From assembly GCA_964410585.1 (NCBI GenBank), contig CAYPFW010000001.1, positions 32,001-96,000 of the forward strand: 64,000 bases of DNA, written 5' to 3'. Position 1 is the first letter of the stretch. Each line of letters begins with the position of its first letter. This document shows positions 47,276 through 58,000 of this stretch, piece by piece. A model generated the notes under the pieces. The model was not told the origin of the DNA and ran no database searches. It saw nothing but the letters and a program-made list of their open reading frames with translations. The translations under genes and the position numbers were made by a program. This stretch comes from an uncultured archaeon (GTDB taxonomy: Archaea > Aenigmatarchaeota > Aenigmatarchaeia > QMZP01 > JACQNV01).

Positions 47276-48169
47276 ATGTCAATCCTAATCGACAAAAATA
47301 CAAAAGTATTGGTTCAGGGAATCACAGGAAAAGAAGGTTCAAAATCAACAAAAGAAATGATAGAATACGGGACAAAAGTTGTTGCAGGTGTCACTCCAGG
47401 AAAAGGTGGCCAACAAGTTGAGGGGCTTCCTGTTTACAACACAGTAAAAGATGCTGTGCAAAAACATCCAGAAATAAATGCAACTGTTTTATATGTGCCA
47501 CCTGCTGGTTTGAAAGCAGCGGCCATCGAGGCCATAGATGCTGGCATTCCTCTTTTGAACATAATTACAGAGCATGTACCTATCCAAGATTCAGCATACA
47601 TCTATGCATATGCAAAAAAGAAAAAAGCAAGTATTGTTGGCCCGTCTTCTGTTGGAATAATTTCTCCTGGAAAATGTAGGCTTGGTTCAATTGGCGGAAT
47701 AGATCCTTCAATTCAGTTTGTCCCAGGAAATATTGGAGTAATTTCAAAATCAGGTGGAATGTCTTCTGAAATTTCTTTGATAATAAAAAAAGCAGGTTTG
47801 GGCCAATCTACTGTGGTTGGTATGGGTGGTGATGTTGTCGCAGGTTCAACATTCCACGAGTTCCTAGAACTTTTTGAAAAAGATTCAGAGACAAAAGGAG
47901 TTGTTGTTTTTGGCGAGCTTGGTGGAACATATGAAGAGCAGCTTGCAGAATTTATCAAAGCGAAAAAATTCACAAAACCTGTTGCTGCTTTCATTGGTGG
48001 TGAATTTGCAGTCAATTTGCCAGAAGGACAATCTTTAGGACATGCTGGTGCTTTGATAGAAGGAAAAACGGGCTTGCCTCAAAACAAGAAAAAGGCGCTC
48101 CAAGAAGCTGGTGTAAAAGTTGCAAAAGTTCCAGGCGAACTCGGGGAATTGATCAAAGGATTAATTTGA
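47276..48169 (+). CDS. CoA-binding small subunit (SucD-like) with phospho-His
   Basis: VQGITG, SKSGG, GELGG and GHAGA motifs. Confidence 0.85.
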   Translation: MSILIDKNTKVLVQGITGKEGSKSTKEMIEYGTKVVAGVTPGKGGQQVEGLPVYNTVKDAVQKHPEINATVLYVPPAGLKAAAIEAIDAGIPLLNIITEHVPIQDSAYIYAYAKKKKASIVGPSSVGIISPGKCRLGSIGGIDPSIQFVPGNIGVISKSGGMSSEISLIIKKAGLGQSTVVGMGGDVVAGSTFHEFLELFEKDSETKGVVVFGELGGTYEEQLAEFIKAKKFTKPVAAFIGGEFAVNLPEGQSLGHAGALIEGKTGLPQNKKKALQEAGVKVAKVPGELGELIKGLI

Positions 48170-48202
48170 TACCTTTTTATATATCGGTCAACAATTAATT
48201 TT

Positions 48203-48811
48203 ATGCAGCTGAAAACTATTTTTGTGCTCATGCTTATTTCGATTGTTTTAATCTCTGGATGTACAGTGCCCCAAGATCAACAAAAACTAAAAATTGAAAA
48301 AACAACAGACACTGATTTAACATCACAAGTGGAAAGTGATCAGCAGAAAACAGAAACCCCTTCTGAGCAAACTAAAACAGTTCCCTCTGACAAAGAAACA
48401 AAAAGCTCAGAAGATTTGTCAACAAGTGAGCCTCTAAAATTTTCAGGAAATGTTTTAGCTGGAACATCGTCTCCTTTTATCGAATTCAATAGTCCAGACT
48501 TTCAGCTTGCTTTGGAATCAGACAAACTAATTATCCTTTCATTCTATGCAAATTGGTGTCCTATATGTAAAGCAGAAGAGCCTGAGCTTTTCGCAGGTTT
48601 TAATGAGTTAGAAACAGACAATGTTGTTGGCTTTAGGGTTAATTTCAATGACGATCAAACTGATTTTGAAGAACAGAAGCTAGCAGAGGATTATCAAGTT
48701 CCATACCAGCACACAAGAGTTTTTATAAAAAATAAAGAAATTGTTTTAAAAACCCCAGAGTCTTGGACAAAAGAGAGATTGTTGGAAGAAATAAACAAGT
48801 ATTTAGAATAA
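48203..48811 (+). CDS. Thioredoxin-fold lipoprotein
   Basis: ISGC lipobox; WCPIC. Confidence 0.85.
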   Translation: MQLKTIFVLMLISIVLISGCTVPQDQQKLKIEKTTDTDLTSQVESDQQKTETPSEQTKTVPSDKETKSSEDLSTSEPLKFSGNVLAGTSSPFIEFNSPDFQLALESDKLIILSFYANWCPICKAEEPELFAGFNELETDNVVGFRVNFNDDQTDFEEQKLAEDYQVPYQHTRVFIKNKEIVLKTPESWTKERLLEEINKYLE

Positions 48812-48812
48812 T

Positions 48813-49532
48813 ATGAATAGGCAAACTGTAATTTTCCTGAACTCAGTTGCTTTTGTTCTAGGTTTTTCTTTTATTTTTTCTTTAGTTGGTGTTTTAGTGA
48901 ACTCTATTCTTTCAAATGTTGCATACACAACTGTAAATCTGCTTCGATTGGTTGGTGGAACAGTGATCATACTTTTTGGGATTTTTCTGATAGCTTCACT
49001 GAAATATAAAATCCCTTTCCTGCAATCAGAGCATAAGATAAAAATTAAAAAATTCAAAATAAGTTATATTTCTTCTTTTTTGTTTGGTGTTGCCTTTGCA
49101 GTTGGTTGGACTCCATGTGTCGGTGCTATCTTAGGTTCAATATACGCCCTAGCTGCTACCTCTCCTGGTTCTAGCTTCCTTCTTTTGTTCACATATTCAT
49201 TGGGAATTGGTATACCGTTTTTGATTGCAGGCGCATTCACATCAAAAGTCTCAAAGTTTGTTGAAAAATCCCAAAAAGTTTTAAAGTATTTCAATATAAT
49301 TGGTGGCCTGCTTTTGATTTTAATTGGACTCTTTGTTTTATTCAATTATTTAGGAATTGTGGCTGCATTTTTTGTTGGAGGGGAAGGTATTGTAGTTTCA
49401 GGGCAATTGAATTTTTTAATTGCGTTTTTAGCAGGCGTTGTAACTTTTATTTCTCCATGTATTCTTCCTCTGCTTCCTGCTTTCTTCTCCTATATGGCTG
49501 GAACAGCTGCAACCACTTTAAAAGAAAATTAG
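48813..49532 (+). CDS. ccdA: CcdA-family protein, circularly permuted
   Basis: GWTPCVG is internal and FLAG..TFISPCILPLLP is at the C-terminus. Confidence 0.8.
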   Translation: MNRQTVIFLNSVAFVLGFSFIFSLVGVLVNSILSNVAYTTVNLLRLVGGTVIILFGIFLIASLKYKIPFLQSEHKIKIKKFKISYISSFLFGVAFAVGWTPCVGAILGSIYALAATSPGSSFLLLFTYSLGIGIPFLIAGAFTSKVSKFVEKSQKVLKYFNIIGGLLLILIGLFVLFNYLGIVAAFFVGGEGIVVSGQLNFLIAFLAGVVTFISPCILPLLPAFFSYMAGTAATTLKEN

Positions 49533-49590
49533 CGATTGCCGTATATTCTGAGAATATGCTTTTAAAACCGTCAGATCTAATTAGTGTGAT

Positions 49591-50337
49591 ATGACAGACA
49601 AGAAATGGAAGACTAGGATTGCAGATTCGTCTGATGAAAGGACAGTTGTAAGAGGATACAATTTGATGGATTTGATTGGTCGCCTTTCATTTTCAGAAAT
49701 GATTTTTTTAGAATTGAGAGGAAAACTTCCAAATGAAAAAGAGAGGAAAATGATGGACGCAATTCTTGTCTCAACTGTAGAGCATGGTATAGCGCCTCCA
49801 TCTATCACAGCAGCTAGGACAGCCTTTTCTGGAGGAAATCCGATTTCAGCAGGCGTCGCAGCAGGTGTTTTGGCAATTGGTGAACATCATGGTGGAGCAA
49901 TTGAACAAGCCGCAAAAGTTTACCAAGAGAACCTTTTGAAATCAGCAGATGAAGTTGTCAAAGATTATAGAACAAAGAGAATGAGACTTCCTGGATATGG
50001 TCACAAAATTTACACAATTGATCCAAGAACAGTGAAAATGTTCCAAGTGGCTGAAGAGCTGGGAATTTTCGGCCACCACTGCAGGTTTGCACAAGAGGTC
50101 GAAAAATCTTTGGAAAAAGATTTGGGCAGAAAACTTTGTTTGAATGTTGACGGTGCCATTGCTGCAATTATGTCTGACATGGGTTTTGATTGGAGATTGG
50201 GGAAAGGATTTTTCATCATTGGGAGAACAGTTGGGATAATTGCACACTTGCACGAAGAATGGACAACAGAACCTCCTTTCAGAAGATTGGACAGGTCAGA
50301 ATATGACTATCTGGGCGAAGAAGGGAAGAAGTTGTAG
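49591..50337 (+). CDS. Citryl-CoA lyase (citrate-synthase fold)
   Basis: EHG..PPS, HGGA, PGYGH, DPR and NVDG motifs. Confidence 0.85.
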   Translation: MTDKKWKTRIADSSDERTVVRGYNLMDLIGRLSFSEMIFLELRGKLPNEKERKMMDAILVSTVEHGIAPPSITAARTAFSGGNPISAGVAAGVLAIGEHHGGAIEQAAKVYQENLLKSADEVVKDYRTKRMRLPGYGHKIYTIDPRTVKMFQVAEELGIFGHHCRFAQEVEKSLEKDLGRKLCLNVDGAIAAIMSDMGFDWRLGKGFFIIGRTVGIIAHLHEEWTTEPPFRRLDRSEYDYLGEEGKKL

Positions 50338-50339
50338 GC

Positions 50340-50392
50340 GGTTTTGGATACGGTAGCCTTTTGCAAAAGGCGGGAGCCTTTAAAAGGCTAGC
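50340..50392 (+). repeat. Intergenic element, family B
   Basis: GGTTTTGGATACGGTAGCCTTTT...AAAAGGCTAGC. Confidence 0.8.
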
Positions 50393-50408
50393 AGGGGAAG
50401 AAGTTGTA

Positions 50409-50669
50409 ATGTTTAATTTCCTGAAAAAGAAAAAAGAAGAAAAGTGTGCCAAGTGTGATAAGGCAGTCCACAAAATAGAAGGCTGGTATGGAGATACAGA
50501 CCTCCAGAATGAAAAGCCTTTGAAATCTAATTTTTGCATAGATCATTTGGTTCAAGAAAGTCCTAAAGATTTCAATAAACACATAATCAACTACGCAAAA
50601 AATGTCAATGAATACGACGAAAAGATGAGAAAGAAATACGAAAAGAGCAAAACTGAAACACACAACTAG
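50409..50669 (+). CDS. Small putative zinc-binding protein
   Basis: CAKC...FCIDH; ATG 50409. Confidence 0.55.
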   Translation: MFNFLKKKKEEKCAKCDKAVHKIEGWYGDTDLQNEKPLKSNFCIDHLVQESPKDFNKHIINYAKNVNEYDEKMRKKYEKSKTETHN

Positions 50670-50698
50670 TTTTTAATTGGATCCAAACAAATATAATA

Positions 50699-51241
50699 AT
50701 GGAAATAGTAACAAAAGATTTTAAGGAGATTTTTTCTGCAGAAATTATTTCAATAACAGGCGGCCTGTTAGCTGGTTTACTTTTGGCTTTTTATGTTGAC
50801 AAAATATATCTTGTTCCAGGAATTTTCATCCTCCTCCCAGGATTTTTGGAAATGAGAGGAAACATAAGTGGAACAATTTCAGCAAGGCTGAGTTCAGGAC
50901 TTTTCCTCAATGTGGTTAAGCCTTCTATAAAAAATAACAGAGTACTAAAAGGCAATGTCCTTGCTTCAATTGTTTTGGTTGTTCTTGTCTCTCTTCTACT
51001 TGGGGCAGTAAGCTACCTTGTTACTTATTTTATTTTTGGCTTAAATTTCCCTCAAATAATTTTGATTTCCTTTATTGCAGCTGTTTTATCAAGTGTTATT
51101 CAGATACCGCTTTCAATTGCTACAACTTTTTGGATTTTCAAAAAAGGGCATGATCCAAACAATATAATGGGACCTTACATAACAACAACAGGCGACATAA
51201 TTAGTATAGCTTCCCTTTTGGTAGCAATATTTTTGGTATGA
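50699..51241 (+). CDS. MgtE-like integral membrane domain protein
   Basis: MRGNISG and DPNNIMGPYITTTGD motifs. Confidence 0.85.
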   Translation: MEIVTKDFKEIFSAEIISITGGLLAGLLLAFYVDKIYLVPGIFILLPGFLEMRGNISGTISARLSSGLFLNVVKPSIKNNRVLKGNVLASIVLVVLVSLLLGAVSYLVTYFIFGLNFPQIILISFIAAVLSSVIQIPLSIATTFWIFKKGHDPNNIMGPYITTTGDIISIASLLVAIFLV

Positions 51242-51945
51242 AAAAATTCCCTAAAATTTCAGATAAAATAAGGAAGAAAATTGTAGGTTTGGAAAGAAAA
51301 AAGCACCACCCACTGACACACCATGTTCATAGAAAGCACGGGATCTCCCATAAAACACTTTTGTACATGAAAGAGTACGGGCCAAAATCACATGTCTACC
51401 ATGTAATTGTTAAAGAAAGCCTGAGAGTGCTTATCTTGGCATCCTTGATATCATCTATAGGCGGATTTTCCCTTCAATTAATTGGATCAAAAATTGTTTC
51501 AATTATTCCTCTCCTAATCTTGCTACCAGCCCTAAACAACATGATAGGAAGCTACGGTACAATAATTTCTTCAAAATTTACTATAGGTCTCTATACAGGA
51601 AAAGTAGGGACAAATTGGTGGAGGTCTGAATACACGCATAAACTTTTTGTTTCAATTTTTTTAATTTCTATATTTTCCACAATTTACATAAGCCTACTGT
51701 CATCTGGAATTGCATATATTAAAGGATTTGGATTGACATTTGATTTGGTTTTCAATATCCTGAAAATATCTTTTGTAGCAACCATGCTATTGGTTGGAAT
51801 TATTTTTTTGGTTTCTGTTGCTTTGGGTTGGCATTTCTACAAAAAACAAGAAGACCCAAATAACTTTTTGATCCCAATAACCACATCTATAGCAGATTTT
51901 GGAAGCATGATTGTTTTCATGCTCATGGTAAGCTTTTTATTCTAG
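51238..51945 (+). CDS. MgtE-like membrane protein with His-rich N-terminus
   Basis: HHPLTHHVHRKH; DPNNFLIPITTSIAD. Confidence 0.8.
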   Translation: MKKFPKISDKIRKKIVGLERKKHHPLTHHVHRKHGISHKTLLYMKEYGPKSHVYHVIVKESLRVLILASLISSIGGFSLQLIGSKIVSIIPLLILLPALNNMIGSYGTIISSKFTIGLYTGKVGTNWWRSEYTHKLFVSIFLISIFSTIYISLLSSGIAYIKGFGLTFDLVFNILKISFVATMLLVGIIFLVSVALGWHFYKKQEDPNNFLIPITTSIADFGSMIVFMLMVSFLF

Positions 51946-52015
51946 AAACAAAATTTATAGCGTCAAAGGCTAACGAATGCACCTTGCAAAAGGAACTGCA
52001 AGGCTGTTTGTTGGC

Positions 52016-52576
52016 CTAAGACATTTCTTTGTAAACCAAAATCTCATCCAAATATAGATCACCAAACTTTCCTCCATTTGGTATTTTGCCGCAATTTTTA
52101 AAGCCAAGTTTTTCATGTAATTTAGCAGAAGCTAGGTTATCTGAAAAATAAGATGAGCGGATAATTTTTGCGTCCATTTCTTTTGCCAAACCAAAAAGGG
52201 TTTCTGCCATTTGCGTTCCCAATCCAAGTTCCCTGTACTCTTTTTTCAAAATTATTCCAAATGTGACAACATGGTCTATTGGGCTCGGTGGCTCTAAATT
52301 TTTAGCAACTGAACAATTTCCAACAACCTTTCCATCAATTTCAACAAACAAATTTATCTCCAATCCTTGTTTCATTCTTTTCAAAGTTGTTTTGAGCCAT
52401 TTTATTTCTTGTTTGTGGTCTGCTTTTTTGACAGAGCTCACCCTCGCGCCTTCATCAACAAGAGAATTTATCAGAACTTGAAGGTCTTTTAGATCTTCCA
52501 TTTTCGGATATCTAAATTTGACCTTCTTTCCTTCTACCTGAAACTCTCGAATGACTTCTCCTTGTTTAAATTTCAT
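52016..52576 (-). CDS. GNAT acetyltransferase (RimJ/RimL-like)
   Basis: EYRELGLG and N..S..LHEKLGF motifs. Confidence 0.85.
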   Translation of the reverse strand: MKFKQGEVIREFQVEGKKVKFRYPKMEDLKDLQVLINSLVDEGARVSSVKKADHKQEIKWLKTTLKRMKQGLEINLFVEIDGKVVGNCSVAKNLEPPSPIDHVVTFGIILKKEYRELGLGTQMAETLFGLAKEMDAKIIRSSYFSDNLASAKLHEKLGFKNCGKIPNGGKFGDLYLDEILVYKEMS

Positions 52577-53967
52577 TTTAATTTCTCACTTGCACTCCCC
52601 AACGCAACCAGTTTCCTCTCTTGCAAATGATCTCCTAAAATATGCATGCCGACAGGCATCCCATCAACTTTTCCGCAAGGAACAGAGAGCATTGGTATGC
52701 CTGCTAAATTTGGCGCAACAGTAAGTATGTCCATCATGTAATTTTCCAATGGAGAAAGCTTTTCAATTTCAGAAAATTTTGGCGCAATGTTTGGCATTGT
52801 TGGTGAAATCAAAACATCAAATTTTTTGAAAGCTTTTTTGAAATCTTCGATGATTAAAGTCCTCAACTTCATTGCTTTCAAATAGTATTGGTCTCTATAG
52901 CCAGCCATTCTTGCAAATGTGCCTAAAAGTATCCTTCTCTTAGCTTCTTCGCCAAAATATTTTGTCCTGACTTTTGAAAAATATTCATTCATATTCCCTT
53001 GCACATCAGCAGAAGCACCATACCTCATTCCACAATATTTTGCTAAGTTTGTAGAAGCCTCTGATGTTGCGATTATGTAGTATGCAGAAAGAGCATATTT
53101 TGTGTGTGGGAGTGATATTTCCTCGTATTTGCATCCTAAACTTTCTAATTTTTTTATCCTTTCCCAAATTTGTTTCTCAACTTTCTTGTTCACACCTTCT
53201 GAAAAATACTCTTTAGGTATTCCGATTTTGTATTTAGAAATATCCTCACCTAAGTATTTTGTGTAAATTTCCTGTTTGCGATTGATGCTTGTTGAATCTT
53301 TTGGATCGTGTGAAGCAATTGTTGAAAGTGAAAGCGCGATGTCATACATTGATTTTCCAATTGGTCCAATTTTGTCCAAACTGTTTGCATAATCTATCAG
53401 ACCATATCTGGAGACCAGACCATATGTTGGTGTTAGGCCATACACACCACAGTAAGCAGCTGGACATGAAATACTTCCTCCAGTTGATTCTGCAATTGCT
53501 ATATGAGGATATTCCAATGCCGCTGTCAAACCAGCAGCTCCGCCTGAAGAGCCCCCACAAGTTCTTGTTGGATCTAAAGGATTTTTTGGAATTTGAAAAC
53601 CAGAGTTTGTAGAAAATGTGCCAAAACCAAATTCGTCTTGGTTTGTTTTTCCGATAATGGCGCCACCATTTTTTTTAATCGAACCAATGCAAGTCGCATC
53701 AAAGGGGGGTTTGTATCCTTCCAAAATCTTTGAGCCTGCTGCTGACTGGATATCTTTTACACAGATGCAGTCTTTCACAGAAAATGGCAAGCCAAAAAAG
53801 CCTGTCTCTGGTTGCTTATTTTCGAGTGAGCAAATTGTGTTGAGGAAGCCAAATTTTTTGTTCAGTTTTTCAACTTCGTCTGAAAAATTTTTGCAAAAAT
53901 CCGCGTAATCCAATTTTCGAGACTGCGACAATTCTAGATAATCTTTAACACTTATTTTATAATTCAT
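52573..53967 (-). CDS. gatA: Asp/Glu-tRNA amidotransferase subunit A
   Basis: KTNQDEFG, GGSSGG, STGGSI and RRILLG motifs. Confidence 0.95.
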   Translation of the reverse strand: MNYKISVKDYLELSQSRKLDYADFCKNFSDEVEKLNKKFGFLNTICSLENKQPETGFFGLPFSVKDCICVKDIQSAAGSKILEGYKPPFDATCIGSIKKNGGAIIGKTNQDEFGFGTFSTNSGFQIPKNPLDPTRTCGGSSGGAAGLTAALEYPHIAIAESTGGSISCPAAYCGVYGLTPTYGLVSRYGLIDYANSLDKIGPIGKSMYDIALSLSTIASHDPKDSTSINRKQEIYTKYLGEDISKYKIGIPKEYFSEGVNKKVEKQIWERIKKLESLGCKYEEISLPHTKYALSAYYIIATSEASTNLAKYCGMRYGASADVQGNMNEYFSKVRTKYFGEEAKRRILLGTFARMAGYRDQYYLKAMKLRTLIIEDFKKAFKKFDVLISPTMPNIAPKFSEIEKLSPLENYMMDILTVAPNLAGIPMLSVPCGKVDGMPVGMHILGDHLQERKLVALGSASEKLK

Positions 53968-54001
53968 AGAATATCTAAGTTATTAGAAATAAATAGTAGC
54001 T

Positions 54002-54871
54002 TTAATTGTCTTCCTTTGCTTCTTTCTTGTGTTTTGGTTTTCGGCCCTGTTGTTTTTTAATTTTTATTATTTTGTTTATTTCTGTATCCCATTTTTTCCC
54101 AAATTCACCATATGTGGGTATCCATTCATCTGAGAATTTTCTCTCAAGTAAATCAAGTTCAAACTTTAGACTTCTTATAACACCATCATTGACCATTTTT
54201 GCTTTCTTGAATTTGTCCAAAAGTCTTTTGGCCTTTCTGTTAACTGGTTCTAAATTTTTCTTTATTGTTTTTTCAGCACTTAAAATCTGCACAACCTTAT
54301 CTAAAGTTTCTTTTGGCGGGCTATGTAAATTGTCAACAACTTCATTGATGTATGTATGTGGATAGACAACACTTCTCAGTGTTTGGATTGTTTCTTTTAG
54401 AATTCCTGATTTGTCTTTTTTGCCCTTTGATTTTCGTGCAGCGGATTGTAAAATTTTTGTCACCTCGTCTTCTGCGCTTTTTTCAAGTGTGTTAAAATAT
54501 TTTGACTGCATCTGTTCAACTAGTTCAGCCATCTCGTGTTCTGTTCTTTTTTCATCCCATGCAGTTTTTGCGAGCTTGAGCTTTCTCTGTAATTCCAAAT
54601 ATTTTGGAGGCAGCTTTCCTAGAACAATTCCCTCACTGCTGACAGAATAAACATTGCCAAGTCTCTTCCTTTTGGCAGCTGAAAGCAAAGTTTCTGGATA
54701 ATAAATCTTTGTTGGCTTCAACATGAACTCGCAAATATCTTTCCACTTTTTAGCTTCCCGGTTTAGAGGTTCTAGGGCTAAAATTTGATTTATTTCATCC
54801 AAAGCTAATTGGTATTCGTATTGTTCAGCTAATCTTTCAATATTTTTGAGCTTTTCGCGAGTAGTTGGCAT
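54002..54871 (-). CDS. Basic helical hypothetical protein with N-terminal TPR-like repeat
   Basis: ALDEINQILALEPLNREA. Confidence 0.6.
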   Translation of the reverse strand: MPTTREKLKNIERLAEQYEYQLALDEINQILALEPLNREAKKWKDICEFMLKPTKIYYPETLLSAAKRKRLGNVYSVSSEGIVLGKLPPKYLELQRKLKLAKTAWDEKRTEHEMAELVEQMQSKYFNTLEKSAEDEVTKILQSAARKSKGKKDKSGILKETIQTLRSVVYPHTYINEVVDNLHSPPKETLDKVVQILSAEKTIKKNLEPVNRKAKRLLDKFKKAKMVNDGVIRSLKFELDLLERKFSDEWIPTYGEFGKKWDTEINKIIKIKKQQGRKPKHKKEAKEDN

Positions 54872-54980
54872 ATTGGATTCTTTTTAACAAAAAAAGTCTG
54901 TTTTTGCTTTTTTGAGTTTGCCTCCCTAAGTTTACTATATTATTGGATGTTTGTATTTAAACAGGTTATGTTCAAAAGTC

Positions 54981-54997
54981 ATATAACAGTGTTATAT
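54981..54997. promoter_or_regulatory. Palindromic operator candidate ATATAACA-G-TGTTATAT
   Basis: 17-bp palindrome between divergent genes; matches 1844-1858. Confidence 0.5.
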
Positions 54998-55052
54998 CTA
55001 CTCACATTCTATTTATTCTTCATAAGATAATATACAATATTCAAGGAGCGCC

Positions 55053-58000
55053 ATGAGAAAAATACTTTTCCTTCCAGTATTTTTGCTAATTATCAGTTTT
55101 ATTGCTCTTCCTAGCCAATCGCAGACAACTTTTAGGATAATGAACGTTAGCTTTTTGTTTGGTGATCCCTATACCGGCGACCCATCAACAGGTGTTGATC
55201 CAACAAATTTTATAGGTGAGTGTGGTGGTGATTTACCCAAAGTCTGTACAGATCTTGGTTTTACTCTTCCTGAAGGTCCTGGAAAACAATCTGGTCTAGG
55301 TGTCGACAGGACACTTTGTACAAAGTCAGATGGCACTCAAAGTTATCAATACAGTTGCGATATATCTGGAATCAACTCAGATAAATTCATCGATAAGATA
55401 GATCCGATTAGCAGGGTTCTCACATACAAAAGTGACCAACTCAAAGGTCCGATCCAATACATTCTCCATGATATTCTAAGCACAGGTTTCCCAAACAATT
55501 TAGATCCTTTTGTTTTCACAAAATCTATTCCTCCATTATATTCAACTGTTCAAGTGTTGGCAGAGCCAAATGGTTTAGTAGTGATAAAACCAGAAGAGGC
55601 AGTCAGAAAATACGACAATACAATTGCTTGGAATGATTCTTGCGTTGGCGATCTCAGCGAGCAATTTACAAATGATTTTTACAGAATGGACAAGCAGACA
55701 GCAGCAAAAAATGGTTTTGAAATAGTTGAAAATTCCTGCACAGGTTTAGTTGGACAAAAACTAAAATATCATGTGCAAGTTCACCAACGCGGTTTTAACT
55801 ACGAGAAGCAAAACGTAGAATGCAAACAAGGTGGCTCGCACTACAATCAGTTTTATGCATCAACTGGTCCAGAGCCAATTCCTTTTCCATACATTGCTAT
55901 GTGTGAACCAGATTCGGGATACAGACCCTTGCTTTCAAGAGATTATGAACAAACAGGCCAATGGGGTTGGCCAACTTATTTCCCTCAAAGGCCTCGGCCA
56001 GGATCAACATACAGCGCCACAAACCAGTATTCCTTCTGCGAGGCCTTTGACATGGAGTATGAAGATGTCCATGATTCGGCCGGAAACTTAGTGAGCTACA
56101 TATTTGGCGCAAGCGATTCTCCAAGATGTTTCCTTTGGCCAGGACCAGGAGACTCTGTAAGCATAAAACAACTTTCAAAAATCCTTGTTTGGAATTTCCC
56201 ATATATTTTCAATCCAGGTAGCTGCGGGGTTTTCGATTCTCTGAGACAGCGACAACAAGGTGGTGGTAAAGCAGGCTTCAATGATCCTGCTTCATACAGA
56301 AGAGATGCAGCAGACATCATGTGCAAGAAGCCAATTTTGTTCAATAACCCAGATTATGAAGATGCTGAAAGGAGTGGTTCATATATTTTCGAGCCAAGCA
56401 AAACAAAAACAGATCCCGGTGTCCAATTTTTGAACAATACAGTCAGGCCTTTTTTCGAACAAACAGATCGGTTGAACCAGGAATATTTTTCTGGCCCAAG
56501 CAAATATAGGAAAATTCAGTTCCATCTACCTGTTTTAACTTCAATTGAAGTCACAGATCTTCAAGGAAACATCTTAGCTCCAAAGCAACAACAGCTCCAA
56601 AACACAACAGTGACTTTGTATGGTGTTGAGGTTGGCCAAAAAATAAAAATAAAAGCTAAAGTAAAAGAATTAGACAGTCACAATACATCTATCTTTGTTT
56701 TCCAGTCAACAAACTTTGGATGGGGAATGTTTGGACCAACGCAAGGCGGACAAGTCCCTATTTTTGGATGCGATTTCATTGACTCTTCAACATGTTTGCA
56801 AGGTGATGTGAATTTCAACAATGTAACCTTGACAGGCCCTCTCCACCAAAACCTAGGAGGCGTAACACAAGAAAAAGAAATAGAATTTGTCTATGAAATT
56901 CCTTTAACATATCGTGCACCTCTTGTTGGAACAACATCTCTAAATCCAGGTGATCCATATCCTCTGTTTATTGGTTTTGCAGATGAGTTTAGCAATTTCG
57001 ATTCTGTAAAAATCCTTTTCGAAATAGTTCCACCAATTTGTGCAAACCAAAAACACGATGCATCTTCAGGTGAAACAGATTTGGACTGTGGTGGCCAAAC
57101 TTGCCCTACTTGCTTAGATGGCCAAAGATGCAACCTAGATTCAGACTGCCAATCTGGCTGGTGCTACTCAGGATCAAATCTTCCGCCAAAACCACAACCA
57201 ACATACGGCGACGGCATTTGCCGCACACCAACATGTTCTGATGGAATTCAGAATCAGGGTGAAACAGCTGTAGATTGTGGCGGTACAAACTGTGCACCTT
57301 GTGGTGGTTGTCAAGAAAATTGGATAACCTCGCCTTGGTCTGCATGCAAAGGCGGACAGCAAACACGAATTGTCAGAGATACAAATAGCTGCAATAACCC
57401 AACACCTGTGAACCCGCGTCCAGCAACACAAAGGTCTTGTGTTAACTTAGCTGCATGTGTGCCAACACCAAACCAGTGCGGTGGTTCAAATGGTTGTCAA
57501 ATCCTTCCTTATTTGAACGGAGTATCTTGTGGATCAAACCAGGCAGGTGTCTGTTTTGCTGGAAGCTGCTATTTGCCAACAACTAAAAAACAACCGCCTG
57601 TGGGCCAGTGTTTGCAAACAGACTGGTCACCATGCGAAAAACACAGTATCAATAATAAAGTAGGTTTCTACCAAATCAGAAATGTAGTTAAAGGAAATCT
57701 CAATGTTGCATGCACCCAGCTTCCACCAGATCAAAGGCCAGGCGCTGTAAGATCATGTTCGCCTCAGGCAGGTCCTGGTCCAAGAGATTTGTGTCAACAG
57801 TCTTTGATAGCCTCAGGTTTTGACACACGTTTATCAACTGATTTCACATCTCTAGCAAACTTAAACAGTGTTGAAGGATTCAAAATAGGGAACCAATTCG
57901 GTCAAATTGAGTTTTTAGGAAAATCTGACTTGTCTTCAATAGATTGTTCAAAACTAAATAATGTATTCAAAATAGAAAGAAACAAAGTTTTCGTTGATAC

